Shown here piece by piece: positions 38,922-49,126 of a stretch of 64,000 bases of DNA. The DNA lies in NCBI GenBank assembly GCA_963816395.1, contig CAWFKQ010000007.1, positions 1 to 64,000 on the forward strand, given 5' to 3'. Position 1 is the stretch's first letter; each line of letters opens with the position of its first letter. The notes beneath the pieces are model-generated. The model was not told where the DNA came from, ran no database searches, and saw nothing but the letters and a program-made list of their open reading frames with translations. Both the position numbers and the translations under genes were made by a program. The DNA is from an uncultured delta proteobacterium (GTDB taxonomy: Bacteria > Desulfobacterota > Desulfuromonadia > Desulfuromonadales > JACZKF01).

Positions 38922-41900
38922 TCCTCTCCGATGCTTCCATCAAACGCCCGGTCCTCGCCTGGGTGATCAGTCTGCTCATTCTCCTGGTGGGCATCGCCTC
39001 CTACCTGATCCTGCCGGTGCGCCAGTACCCGGACGTCACGCGGCCGGTGGTTTCGGTGGTCACCACCTATACCGGTGCCAGCCCGGAAACGGTGGAGAGC
39101 ACGGTGACCAACCCCCTCGAGGAGAACCTGAATGCCATGGAGGGGATCCGCGCCATCACCTCCCAGAGCTCCTTCGGCGTCAGCTCAATCAACGTCGAAT
39201 TCGAGAGCAGCCGCGACGTGGATGCCGCCACCCAGGATGTGACCAATGCGGTCAGCAAGGCGGTGGACAAGCTCCCCGATTCGCCGAACGTCAGCCGGCC
39301 GGTGGTCGCCAAAGTCAGCGCCAGCGCCCAGCCGATCATGTGGCTGGTTCTGCAGGGAAAGAACTACTCCATCGAACAGCTCAGCCAGATTGCCGACCTG
39401 GTGGTCAAGCGTCGGGTGCAGGTGCTCTCGGGGGTGGGCAACGTTATCATCGGCGGGGAGCACAAATGGGCCATGCGCATCTGGCTCGATCCGCATAACC
39501 TGAAAGCCTACAATCTGGCCTTCGATGATGTGACCGAGACCCTCAGCCGCAACAACGTCCAGCTGCCGGCCGGGCAGATCACCTCCGACACCCTCTTCTT
39601 CAACGTCGTGGCCGACGCCCAGGTGGCCAATCCGCAGGGTTACGAGGATATGGTCATCCGGGAGGTAAACGGCGTTCCCGTCCGCATCCGGGATGTCGGC
39701 TGGGTGCAGCTCGGCTCGGAGTCCTATGACCAGCTGGCGCGTTTCAACGGTCATCCGGTGGTCGGGGTCGGCATCGTGCCGCAGACCAAGGCGAACGCCA
39801 TCGACATCTCAAACGCCGTGCACCGGGCGCTGCCGCAACTGCGCCAGGCGCTGCCGATCGGGGTGGAGATGAGCGTGGCGGTGGACAACACCGACTTCAT
39901 CCGCGATTCGATCCGCGAAGCGCTCATCACGCTGCTGATCGCCTTCGGCCTGGTAATCCTGGTGGTGCTCGTTTTCCTGCGCACCCTGCGCGCCACCCTG
40001 ATCCCGGTTCTGGCGGTTCCGGTATCGATCATCGGCGCTTTCGCCGGGATGTGGGCGATGAATTTTTCGGTCAACGTCCTCACCCTCTTCGCGTTGGTGC
40101 TCGCCATCGGCCTGGTCATTGACGATGCCATCATCATGCTGGAGAACATCTATCGGCACATGGAAAGGGGAGAACGGCGGATCCCGGCCGCCATCCACGG
40201 GGCGCGGGAGATCGCTTTTCCGGTCATTTCCACCACCATCACCCTGATCGCCATCTTCATCCCCCTCGGCTTCATGCGCGGGGATATCGGCCGTCTCTTT
40301 TCCGAATTCGCTCTCACCGTGCCGGTTGCCGTTGGCCTGTCGGCGCTGGTCGCCCTGACCATGACGCCGATGCTCTGCTCCCGATTCCTGCGGCTTTCCT
40401 CCCCGGATAAAGGGGTCCTCGCCTTCAGCGAGCGCTTTTTCACCCGGTTGCGGGACGGCTATGAAAAGACAGCAGCCTGGTCGGTCCGCCATCGGTGGAC
40501 GGTGAGCCTGTTCATGATTCTCAACCTGGCCGCCATGGCCGGGCTTTACACCCTGTTGCCGCAGACCTTCGTCCCGGTGGAGGATCAGGGCTTCTTTCTC
40601 ACCATCATCAAGGCGCCACAGGGATCGAACCTCTGGTACACCCTGCATTACCTGCAGCAGGTGGAGCAGGACATCGACCAGATCCCGGCCGTGCAGCAGT
40701 ATTTTTCCGCCGTCGGCATCCCGGTAGGCGGCCCTGCCTCGACCCGCACCGGCTTCGTTTTCGCCCGCCTCAAGCCTTTCGGCCGGCGCGATCTCAGCCA
40801 GATGGCGGTGGTGCAACAGTTGTTCGGCCAATTCTCCCGAATCACGGGAGTTCTCGCCTTTCCCATCAATCCCCCGTCCCTGGGTGAGCAGGCCACGGCC
40901 CAGGACGTCCAGTTCGTGGTTCTCGGCCCCGATCTCGATACCCTGGCGAAAATAAACGAACAGCTCCTGGAAAAGGCTCGTTCCACCCCCGGCATGATCA
41001 ACGTCCAGTCCGATCTGACCATCGAAACACCGCAGATCGATATCGATTTCCGCCGCGAGCGGGCGGCCGATCTCGGCATCCCCATCCTCGACATCTCCCG
41101 CGCCCTTGAGGTGGGGCTGGGGGGGGCGCATGTCAGCGATTTCATCATGAACAACAAGACCTACCAGGTTCTTGCCCAGATCGAACCCCGCTACCGCGCT
41201 AAGCCGGAGCAGATCAGCGATCTTTACGTGCGCAGCGCCGCCGGCGACCTGGTGCCCCTCTCCTACCTGGTGGCGGTCAAGACGGGATACGGACCGGATA
41301 CCATCTATCACTACAACCTGCAGCGCTCCTTCACCATCAGCGCCAGCCTGCAGCCATCGCTGCCGCTGAGCACGGCCCTGAAGGAAATGCAGCGGTATGC
41401 CGCCGGCCTCCTGCCGCAGCGCTACGATACGGCCCTGACCGGCAAGAGCCGCGACTACGTGGAGACCTCCGGAGAGATTTTCTTCACCTTCGGCGCTTCC
41501 CTGCTCTTCATTTACCTGGTGCTGGCCGCCCAGTTCGAGAGCTGGGCGCATCCCTTCACCATCATGCTTTCCGTCCCTCTGGCGCTGACCGGAGCGCTGG
41601 GGGCGCTGCTGCTGACCGGCAACAGCCTGAATCTCTACAGCGAAATCGGCATCATCATGCTGATCGGCCTGGTGACGAAGAACGGCATCCTGCTGGTCGA
41701 CTATGCTAATCGCCTGCGGATGCAGGGGATGGAGCTGGCGGCGGCGGCGGTGGAGGCCGGCAAGGTCCGCTTTCGCCCAATCGTGATGACCTCCCTGACC
41801 ATGATTGTCGGCAGCCTGCCGCTGGCCCTCGCCACCGGCGCCGGCGCCCAGAGCCGACAGCCGCTTGGCTGGGCGGTGGCGGGAGGGCTGCTGTTCAGCA

Positions 41901-42043
41901 CCATTTTCACTCTGCTGGTGACGCCGGTCTTTTACTTGCTGATCACCCGCCTGGCCGAGAAGCTTGGCCTGAAAACCGTGCCGCCCGGGGCGGGCTGGAT
42001 CGAAGAGCACCTGGAAGAGGGAGATAAAACGGAGGAGGCATGA
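38918..42043 (+). CDS. RND efflux permease (AcrB/AcrD/AcrF family)
   Basis: 1041 aa; GLVIDDAII, TKNGIL, RFRPIVMT. Confidence 0.96.
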   Translation: MILSDASIKRPVLAWVISLLILLVGIASYLILPVRQYPDVTRPVVSVVTTYTGASPETVESTVTNPLEENLNAMEGIRAITSQSSFGVSSINVEFESSRDVDAATQDVTNAVSKAVDKLPDSPNVSRPVVAKVSASAQPIMWLVLQGKNYSIEQLSQIADLVVKRRVQVLSGVGNVIIGGEHKWAMRIWLDPHNLKAYNLAFDDVTETLSRNNVQLPAGQITSDTLFFNVVADAQVANPQGYEDMVIREVNGVPVRIRDVGWVQLGSESYDQLARFNGHPVVGVGIVPQTKANAIDISNAVHRALPQLRQALPIGVEMSVAVDNTDFIRDSIREALITLLIAFGLVILVVLVFLRTLRATLIPVLAVPVSIIGAFAGMWAMNFSVNVLTLFALVLAIGLVIDDAIIMLENIYRHMERGERRIPAAIHGAREIAFPVISTTITLIAIFIPLGFMRGDIGRLFSEFALTVPVAVGLSALVALTMTPMLCSRFLRLSSPDKGVLAFSERFFTRLRDGYEKTAAWSVRHRWTVSLFMILNLAAMAGLYTLLPQTFVPVEDQGFFLTIIKAPQGSNLWYTLHYLQQVEQDIDQIPAVQQYFSAVGIPVGGPASTRTGFVFARLKPFGRRDLSQMAVVQQLFGQFSRITGVLAFPINPPSLGEQATAQDVQFVVLGPDLDTLAKINEQLLEKARSTPGMINVQSDLTIETPQIDIDFRRERAADLGIPILDISRALEVGLGGAHVSDFIMNNKTYQVLAQIEPRYRAKPEQISDLYVRSAAGDLVPLSYLVAVKTGYGPDTIYHYNLQRSFTISASLQPSLPLSTALKEMQRYAAGLLPQRYDTALTGKSRDYVETSGEIFFTFGASLLFIYLVLAAQFESWAHPFTIMLSVPLALTGALGALLLTGNSLNLYSEIGIIMLIGLVTKNGILLVDYANRLRMQGMELAAAAVEAGKVRFRPIVMTSLTMIVGSLPLALATGAGAQSRQPLGWAVAGGLLFSTIFTLLVTPVFYLLITRLAEKLGLKTVPPGAGWIEEHLEEGDKTEEA

Positions 42044-42045
42044 GA

Positions 42046-42070
42046 AAGGGGCGGCTGCGGGCCGCCCCTT
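42046..42070 (+). terminator. Hairpin after the RND permease
   Basis: AAGGGGCGGC-TGCGG-GCCGCCCCTT. Confidence 0.7.
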
Positions 42071-42223
42071 GAGAGAATAGAGATAATAATCCGATTTCTG
42101 TTATTCCCCGCAGTTTTACCAGTGCTCTCTAGTGAGTGAAGCGGACGGGGTGATGAAAGGCATTTGCCGGTTTAGTTCTGCCCACATCCTGTTTACTGAG
42201 ACGAGGTGCCTAACCGGCTTCCT

Positions 42224-43303
42224 TTAAAAGAGCGTTCCCATTACGACCCCGAGGGCCGAGAGCGGTCCGGAATCGCTCATTCCGTCCACCGTTTTGTCCA
42301 CCTTGTGCAGGGTAGTCTTGGCGTCCCGGTAAAGATCGTCCTCGTTGACCAGGCGACCGAGAGTTCCCTTTCCGTCATCGATTTTGCCGGCAATGGAGTT
42401 GACGCGCGCCATTGTCCCGCGCACCTCCTCGTAGAGGGCCGGATCATTGACCAGCAGCCCCAGCGATCCGGTCCCGTTGTTGGCCTTGGCGGCGATCTCC
42501 CTGATCTGTCCGAGGATATCGGTGGTCTGGTTGTAGAGCTTGTCATCGGTGAACAATCGTCCCAGGGTCCCCTCCCCGGCCTGCAGGCGGTCGGAAATGT
42601 TCCGCAGGTTGGTGACGGTCAGCCGCGCCTCCTCATAGAGGGTGGGATCGTTGAGCAGCCGGCCAAAGGTCCCGTCGCTGCGTTTGAGCTGTTGCAGCAA
42701 TCCTTGCAGGCTGCTGACCGCCGCCGTCAGTTGTTCATAGAGGGTCGGGTCGTTGACCATCCGGCCAAGCATCCCCTCCCCGCGGTCGATTTTGCCGACG
42801 ATGCTTTCCAGCCGCAGCATGGAAGTGTTTATCGGTCCTTCGATCAGGTGGCCGAGTTCATTCAGGACCTTCTTCTGGTTGCGGTCGAAACTGGTGATCA
42901 ACTGATCAAGGCTGGCCCCCTCTTCACTTTTCACCTCCGCCCCGGGCGGCAGCGGCGCGCTCCCTTCGCTGCCGAAATCAAGACCCAGAAACTGCCCGCC
43001 AAGCAGATTGGTACGACGGAGCCGGGCCACTGCATCCTCCTTGATCCGGGTTCCCTTCTGGGCGTAGAAATCTACCCGAACCCGGCCATCCTCCAGCTCG
43101 ATGTTCCTGACCTTGCCCACATCGACCCCGGCCATGCGGACCGGGTCCCCGGTTTTCAGACCGATTGTGGATTCGAAAAAGGTGTGGTAATCGACTCTTT
43201 TTTCAAAGGGATTCCAGTCCTCGACAACCTCGATCAGCACTCCGAGGGCGAGGAGGGTCAGCAGAAAAAAGAGGCCGACTTTCTTTTCCGTGGAGATCGC
43301 CAT
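42224..43303 (-). CDS. mlaD: MCE/MlaD family protein with five helical repeats
   Basis: N-terminal TM; GLK.GDPV.MAGV.VG.V; five GxLGRL.NDxxLY repeats. Confidence 0.9.
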   Translation of the reverse strand: MAISTEKKVGLFFLLTLLALGVLIEVVEDWNPFEKRVDYHTFFESTIGLKTGDPVRMAGVDVGKVRNIELEDGRVRVDFYAQKGTRIKEDAVARLRRTNLLGGQFLGLDFGSEGSAPLPPGAEVKSEEGASLDQLITSFDRNQKKVLNELGHLIEGPINTSMLRLESIVGKIDRGEGMLGRMVNDPTLYEQLTAAVSSLQGLLQQLKRSDGTFGRLLNDPTLYEEARLTVTNLRNISDRLQAGEGTLGRLFTDDKLYNQTTDILGQIREIAAKANNGTGSLGLLVNDPALYEEVRGTMARVNSIAGKIDDGKGTLGRLVNEDDLYRDAKTTLHKVDKTVDGMSDSGPLSALGVVMGTLF

Positions 43304-43306
43304 GAT

Positions 43307-44179
43307 TTATCCTTCTCCCTTTATCCCCTTGGTGGTGGTGTAGATAAAATTACGCACCACCGGGTTCTGGCTGGCCTTGATCTGCGCCGGCGTGCCGACG
43401 GCAATGATCCCCTCGGGGGTCATCATTGCCACCCGGTCCGAAACGTAGAGGGCAAAGTTGAGATCGTGGCTGACGATAACTGTAGTCAGCTCCACCTTTT
43501 CCTTAAGGCTCATAATCACCCTGGCCAACTCGTCCGAGGTCACCGGGTCGAGTTCGGCGGTCGGCTCGTCGTAGAGGATCAGGTCAGGGTTCATGGCCAG
43601 GGAACGGGCGATCGCCACCCTCTTCTTCATCCCGCCGGAGAGCTCGGAGGTCATCAGCTCCTCCTTCCCATCCAGACCGACCAGGTGCAGTTTCTCCCGG
43701 ATGATGCGGCGGATGCGTACCTCCGGGCAGACCCGCTTCTCGCGCAGCCACAGGCCGACGTTTTCCCCCACGGTGAGGGAGTTGAACAGGGCCGAGGATT
43801 GGAAGACCATGCTGTAGCGGTAGTCGCGTTCGCCGGCCTGGCGCGGCTCGTGGATGTTGCGCCCATCGATCAGGATGCAGCCGCGGTCGGGCTTCTCCAG
43901 CTTGACGATATGTTTGAGCAGCACGCTTTTACCGGTCCCTGAAGGACCTATGATGGAGAAGGTTTCGCCGGGGAGAATCTCCAGGCTGATTCCCTTGAGC
44001 ACCGGTTGTCCATTGAAGGACTTCTCCAAACGTTCGATGCGGATGCCGACGCCCCGCGACTCCTCGTAATTGGCCAGACACTCGGAGCCGTCGAAGATCG
44101 AAGCGGTGAAGCCGTGCGTCAGCTTGCTCAGAAGGCCTCCCGGCCGGCAGCCGCGGCTGTTTTTGCTGAAAAATCCCAT
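43307..44179 (-). CDS. mlaF: MCE transporter ATP-binding subunit
   Basis: GPSGTGKS, LSGGMKKRVAIAR, LYDEPT. Confidence 0.92.
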   Translation of the reverse strand: MGFFSKNSRGCRPGGLLSKLTHGFTASIFDGSECLANYEESRGVGIRIERLEKSFNGQPVLKGISLEILPGETFSIIGPSGTGKSVLLKHIVKLEKPDRGCILIDGRNIHEPRQAGERDYRYSMVFQSSALFNSLTVGENVGLWLREKRVCPEVRIRRIIREKLHLVGLDGKEELMTSELSGGMKKRVAIARSLAMNPDLILYDEPTAELDPVTSDELARVIMSLKEKVELTTVIVSHDLNFALYVSDRVAMMTPEGIIAVGTPAQIKASQNPVVRNFIYTTTKGIKGEG

Positions 44180-44187
44180 TCTCCCCC

Positions 44188-44961
44188 CTACAGCATGAGC
44201 CGGGTCAGAAAATAGTCGGCGACAAAAATCAGCAGGAAGGCCATGACCACTGCCCGGGTGGTGGAAGAGCCGATCCCGCGGGCGCCGCCGGAGGTCTTGA
44301 AACCGACGTAGCAGCCGACCTGGGCAACAATTCCGCCGAAAATGAACGCCTTGAGCAGCCCCTTGAGGATCTCCCGGTAATTGAGCGCCCGGGTCAGGCT
44401 GTCGAAATAGACGCCGTAGGGCACCATGATTTCCGGGTTGACATGGCTCACCAGGGCACCACCGAGAATGCCGACGATCACCGCGAAAACCACCAGGGCC
44501 GGCACCACGCAGAGGCAGGCGAGCAGCCGGGGCATGGCCAGATAGCGCACCGGATTGATCTCCAGGGTCTTGAGGGCGTCAATCTCCTCATAGACTTCCA
44601 TCGCCCCAACCTCGGCGGCCATGGCCGAACCGACCCGTCCTGCCACCAGCAGGCAGGTCATCACCGGCCCCAGTTCCTTGGCCATGGAAAGGCCGACAAT
44701 GGCGCCAATGGCCTCCTGACTGCCGTAGAGGGCGAGCTGAGTGCCGGTCTGCAGGGCCAGCACCATACCGACGAACAGGGCGGTAAGCAGGGCAATGGGC
44801 AGGGTGCCGATCCCTATCTCGTACATCTGCCGAAAGATCGACGGCAGATTGCGGGGCGCTTCCTTGAAGTAGTAGATGGTTTCCACCAGCAGGGCCAGCA
44901 TTTCGCCAGCGGTCTGGGAAATACCCAGGATTTTCTTTCCTATGGCTTCAATCATCACCAT
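44188..44961 (-). CDS. mlaE: MCE transporter permease
   Basis: ELGPV...LVAGRVGS..AAE.G.M...EEIDAL; PR; GGA.G.G..TT.AVV. Confidence 0.93.
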   Translation of the reverse strand: MVMIEAIGKKILGISQTAGEMLALLVETIYYFKEAPRNLPSIFRQMYEIGIGTLPIALLTALFVGMVLALQTGTQLALYGSQEAIGAIVGLSMAKELGPVMTCLLVAGRVGSAMAAEVGAMEVYEEIDALKTLEINPVRYLAMPRLLACLCVVPALVVFAVIVGILGGALVSHVNPEIMVPYGVYFDSLTRALNYREILKGLLKAFIFGGIVAQVGCYVGFKTSGGARGIGSSTTRAVVMAFLLIFVADYFLTRLML

Positions 44962-46422
44962 CCCCACGGACCGGCGCCGGAGTTTGCCCCCAACTGATTC
45001 CCCATGGCAGGAACAGAAAACTAAGGGTCTGGCGTCCCCCATCGCTGCGGTAACGAACCAGCCCCTTCAGCCAATCGGAAATCCTTCTTCCGCTCCCTCG
45101 TGCCGGTAAAAAAACAGGGGAAACAGCTCCACCGCGAGATCCGGCCCGCGCCGCTCTTTCCAGTAGAGATTCCACAACAGAGAGGAGATCTCATTGCCCC
45201 GGCGGTCGCTCTTCACCTGGTACACGTGCCACAGCGGCGCCCAGTTGCGCTGGATCCCGGCATTGTCCGGGAAAAAAGGCTCGAGCAGGGAGAGAGTACT
45301 GAAGCGGGTTACCCCGTTCTCCTCCTCATAAGTAAAAAGGGGCCACAGCGCCACCCGTTTCTTCCTTTTCCCCTCCAGCTTTCTTTCTTCGTGGAGACGG
45401 GAAAAAAGGAAAAAGAGAACGCGATCGCGACGGCGGTCGATCATCTCCGTGTGCAGCTCTTCGATCTTGTAGACCGGCCAGAGAAACCAGCGCTTGCGAT
45501 AACCGCCGTTGCGCTCATCGGCGTAGAGCGGGAGGAGCCTCTCCCCCTGCCGTCCGCTGCCGCGGGTAACCCGCAGCAGCGGCCAGGGGAAATTCCATTC
45601 CTCGTAATTCTTCTGCCGGTTCCGGACATGGCTGAAGAAAGGCCAGAGGTAGGTCCGGGAGGAAAACTGCGGCGACTCCCGGGAAACGTACAGAGGAAAG
45701 GCCGCCCGCCGATGTTCTGGATTCGCGGTATTCAGACGGAGGTCGTCGCGGAAAAACACCGGCCAGAGATAGAAACGCTTGCGATAGACCCCTTCCTTCC
45801 GGCTGGCCCCGAACAGCGGCCAGAATTTCACACCCGTTTCCTTATCTCCCCGGGTGCGGGAGAAGACAGGCCAAAGTACATTGGTGACGGTCGTTCCCTG
45901 CTTGCGGGTTCGGCCGTAGAGGGGGAAAAGCGCGAAATTGATCTCGTCCCGACCGAATTTTTCGTAGATGTTCCCGCCGAGCGGGAACAGAGCGAAATAG
46001 CGGCCCCGCTCGGTTTTGCCGGAGAAGACCAGCGGAAAAAGCATGAATTCACTGCCGCTGCCGGTTTCCCCCTGGTCGGAATCGGACTGCAGCAGGTGCA
46101 GCCCCTGGTAGCTGGAGGACCCTTCCGACCACTGGCGGGATCCGACAGGATAGAGAAGGTCACTGGTGCCGGCCCCTTCCTCGCCGTCCCAGGCCCGGAA
46201 ATACAAAGGCCGCAGGCCGAATTCGCGTTCGGTTCCTTTCCGCTCGTATTTGACGAGGGGTCCCAGGAAATGGATGCTGGTATAATCGGCAACCGGTGAA
46301 CGGCGGTAATCAAGCAGCGGCCAGAGGGTGAAAACAGTCCCCTTTTCTCCCCAGGCGCCGGCGGGCAGCAAAAGCAGGACCAATAGGGCAATCAGAGAAA
46401 TATTCCGTTTCCGGCACATCAT
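44948..46422 (-). CDS. Exported aromatic-rich repeat protein ((W/F)P(L/F/V) repeats); frameshift near 45085
   Basis: Signal peptide; many LWPL/LFPL/LWPV motifs; C-terminus continues in another frame to 44948, overlapping the mlaE start. Confidence 0.75.
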
Positions 46423-46513
46423 GGAATCGCAGCGAGAGGGTCTTCATGAACTTCGGATTTTATCAGGGCGGAGGATGAAAAACAATGAGAAACGGCCTGG
46501 ATGTCCGCGTCTC

Positions 46514-47055
46514 TCAGGGGGAACCGAAAAGGCGGCGATGTTCCTTCATGATGCAGTGATCCATGACCACCTTCAGCCCGCCCTGGCGGGCGATCCGCAT
46601 TGCCTCGGGGCTGATCACCCCCTCCTGCAGCCACAACGCCCGGGCGCCGCGGGAGACCGCTTCCCGGGCGATCGCCGGGGCCTCCGCTGGCATCCCGAAG
46701 AAATCAACCAGATCAGGGGTCTCCGGCAAATCGGCAAGAGAGGAAAAGGTCTTCAGGCCGAGGATCGCCGGAATGCTGGGGATTGACCGGAAACACCGTA
46801 TAGCCCGCCTGCAGCAGGTAAGCCACTACCTGATGCGCGGGCCGAGCCGAATCGGCCGACGCTCCCACCACGGCAATGGTTCGGCTCTGCCTCAGGATCG
46901 AGCGCAGTGCCTCGTCCCCGGCCAGCGGGTCGGGAACCGCCGGCAGATTGGCCGGCCGGGCAGCGTCGGGAACGGTTTACCAGCGCCATGATGCCGTAAA
47001 TCACTGCCCCTGTGAGGGCAATGAGGAGCAGGTCGCCAAAAGTCCAGCCGGCCAT
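46514..47055 (-). CDS. CoA-binding (YccU-like) protein with N-terminal TM; two frameshifts
   Basis: Joined frames give TIAVVGAS....RPA..V..YL..AGY.V.PVNP and LWLQEGV...MDHCI. Confidence 0.75.
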
Positions 47056-48023
47056 CAGATCTCTCTTCCTTCCAGGATATGCTCCTTGCCTTCCAGCGCC
47101 GGAGCGAACTCCGGATCGATCTGCAGGGCTTTTTCGAATGCCTCGAAAGCGCCACCCGGGTCCCCTGTCCTGCCCCGGCACAGGCCGAGCAGGTAAAAGA
47201 ATTCCGGGGTCGGGCACTCGGCCGGCAAGGTACCGTCCTCCTCCAGTCGTTCCAGGATCCGGAGAGCCTCCGGGAAATCGCCCCCGCCGCAGGCAGCCAG
47301 GGCACTGCCAACCGCTTCCAGGTCGTCGACCAGGGGGTGCGCGGGAACTTCTCCCCGGTCGATCCTTTCAATCTTCGCCGCCAGCGAGCGGCGGACCGGA
47401 CCGTCTTCCAGCCGGGCGATCACCCCGCTCCAGCGGCGGGCCGCCGCCGGATAGTCGCCGAAGAAGAAATCAATCTGGCCGAGATGGTTGAGACTGGCCA
47501 GGTCAGCGGGATGGAGTTTCAGCGCCCGCTGCAGCCAGCCCATGGCCTGCAGCAGGTAATGCCGGCAGTTGCCAAGTTCGCTGAAGGTCAGGGCAAGTTC
47601 GTAGGCGGAGACCCCCAACTGCCGCCACAGGCCAGGATTGGCCGGCTCCAGCAGGGCCAGAATTTTCATGCCGGTGATCTTGCGGCGTACATAGAAGGGA
47701 TCGACTTCCTTGTATTCAAGCATGGCGATCTGGGCGCCCAGATCGGCAAGAAAGTGCGGGAAGGCATCACGCAGCAGTTCGGCATAAAGTACGTTATGCC
47801 GGCAGTCGGGAAACTGCCGCAGGTAGTCGTAGACGCCGCGGCCAATGGCATCGGTGGAGGGTTCACCGCCCTGCAGGTCTTCCTGGTGGACCGGCAGGGG
47901 GACGGGGGGGAGAGGCACATGGCGCCGCTCCGCACCGACTTCCACGTGCCGGCCGGCGGGCGGCGTCCAGAACCGGTAACCGCCGTTTGCGGCGACTTCT
48001 GTCTGCTGCTTTTCCAACATCAT
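47055..48023 (-). CDS. Tetratricopeptide repeat protein
   Basis: TPR patterns (YLLGLC....GD..GA..AFEKAL.IDP). Confidence 0.82.
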   Translation of the reverse strand: MMLEKQQTEVAANGGYRFWTPPAGRHVEVGAERRHVPLPPVPLPVHQEDLQGGEPSTDAIGRGVYDYLRQFPDCRHNVLYAELLRDAFPHFLADLGAQIAMLEYKEVDPFYVRRKITGMKILALLEPANPGLWRQLGVSAYELALTFSELGNCRHYLLQAMGWLQRALKLHPADLASLNHLGQIDFFFGDYPAAARRWSGVIARLEDGPVRRSLAAKIERIDRGEVPAHPLVDDLEAVGSALAACGGGDFPEALRILERLEEDGTLPAECPTPEFFYLLGLCRGRTGDPGGAFEAFEKALQIDPEFAPALEGKEHILEGREI

Positions 48024-48078
48024 GAAGGGTCCCTTCGTTTGCTAACAGGCCGTTTGAGTTATTAAGCCTAAAAATTTT

Positions 48079-48236
48079 AACGCGGAGACGCAGAGACGCG
48101 GAGAGATTAACCTAAGGCACTGAAAAGATTATCATAACGCAAAGACGCAAAGCTGAGAACCAAGGCGCAGAGAAAATCCATAAATTTTCATTTTTTTATC
48201 CTTTGCGGCTTTCTTTTCCCTTTGCGCCTTTGCGTT
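48079..48236. repeat. Intergenic octamer-repeat element with inverted ends
   Basis: ACGC(G/A)GAG x3; AACGCAAAGACGCAAAG at 48136 and CTTTGCGCCTTTGCGTT at 48220. Confidence 0.7.
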
Positions 48237-48295
48237 TAATCCTTGTTTTTCATCGGCTTCGGGTGTGCCGAAGGTAATCCTTGGCGGGGTTAGCG

Positions 48296-49126
48296 TCAGA
48301 ACCGCCGTCCGGGAAAGGTATCCACTCCGGCATGGACACCGGGAACCTTGTAAATGCGCACCCCGTCCCAAGGGCGCCCCAGGATGCCGTCGTGAATGGC
48401 CCAGCTGCGTCCGCGGACGCTGTCCTCCTGGCCGGGGCAGCGGAAGGGCGAGGAGCCATTCAGCCGCCGGGTGAGAACGCCGCGGGGGCGAAATTCCCTA
48501 TCGATCCAGAGCATGAGCTGTTTGCCGGTGATGTAATCAAAACCGTATTTCTCATAGCGCACCGCATTGTCATACGAGAGCGGTTCGGCAACGATGGTGC
48601 TGACCCCCAGGGAGGCGACCAGCGCCTCGAAGCGTCGAAAGAAATCGGAGAACAGGTGCATCCCCGGCCGAACCTGGTGGGGTGCCAGACCGGCCGCCAT
48701 GGCCCGCCGCTCCTCCGGCAGATTCCGCCGCAGGGTGCCGAAGCAGTTGTCCCGGCCTTCGGCGTCCAGGTCGACATCGAAACGGGGTGCCGCCGGATCG
48801 TTGATGATGCAGAAGGAGAGCTCGATCTGCCCGAAGGGGGTATCGGCCAGCTCGACGAAGAAAATGCAGTCCCGGTCGGTCGGCTGCAGCCGAATCTCGA
48901 TGCGCAGCAGGCGGAGTCCGGGCGGCGCGATGAAGCGGACTTTGCGCTCCCCGTCGCTACCGCGAAAAGTCTGCCGGTCGATGCCGAAGCGGTCGAAGAG
49001 AGCCCCGGGGATGAGGGCGCCGTAGATCTTTTCCATCTCCTCCCGCGGCAGTTGGTTGATGTCGGACAGGGAAAAGAGGGGAAAGCCATCCGGACCCAGC
49101 AGGGGTGGAGCCCCCGGGCGGATCAT
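48296..49126 (-). CDS. Hypothetical protein, possibly a GNAT-fold acetyltransferase
   Basis: ATGA-coupled to acuC; AEPLSYDNAVRYEKYGF resembles the GNAT NxxAxxxYxKxGF motif. Confidence 0.65.
   Translation of the reverse strand: MIRPGAPPLLGPDGFPLFSLSDINQLPREEMEKIYGALIPGALFDRFGIDRQTFRGSDGERKVRFIAPPGLRLLRIEIRLQPTDRDCIFFVELADTPFGQIELSFCIINDPAAPRFDVDLDAEGRDNCFGTLRRNLPEERRAMAAGLAPHQVRPGMHLFSDFFRRFEALVASLGVSTIVAEPLSYDNAVRYEKYGFDYITGKQLMLWIDREFRPRGVLTRRLNGSSPFRCPGQEDSVRGRSWAIHDGILGRPWDGVRIYKVPGVHAGVDTFPGRRF

Noticed and set aside
39809..43942. Long ORFs 39809-42010 (-) and 42206-43942 (+)
   Set aside because: Shadows of the RND permease and of mlaD/mlaF.
48130..48170. GEMM cyclic-dinucleotide riboswitch (GACGCAAAGC)
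   Set aside because: No upstream GGCAAA/GNRA stem; the match is explained by the octamer repeat.
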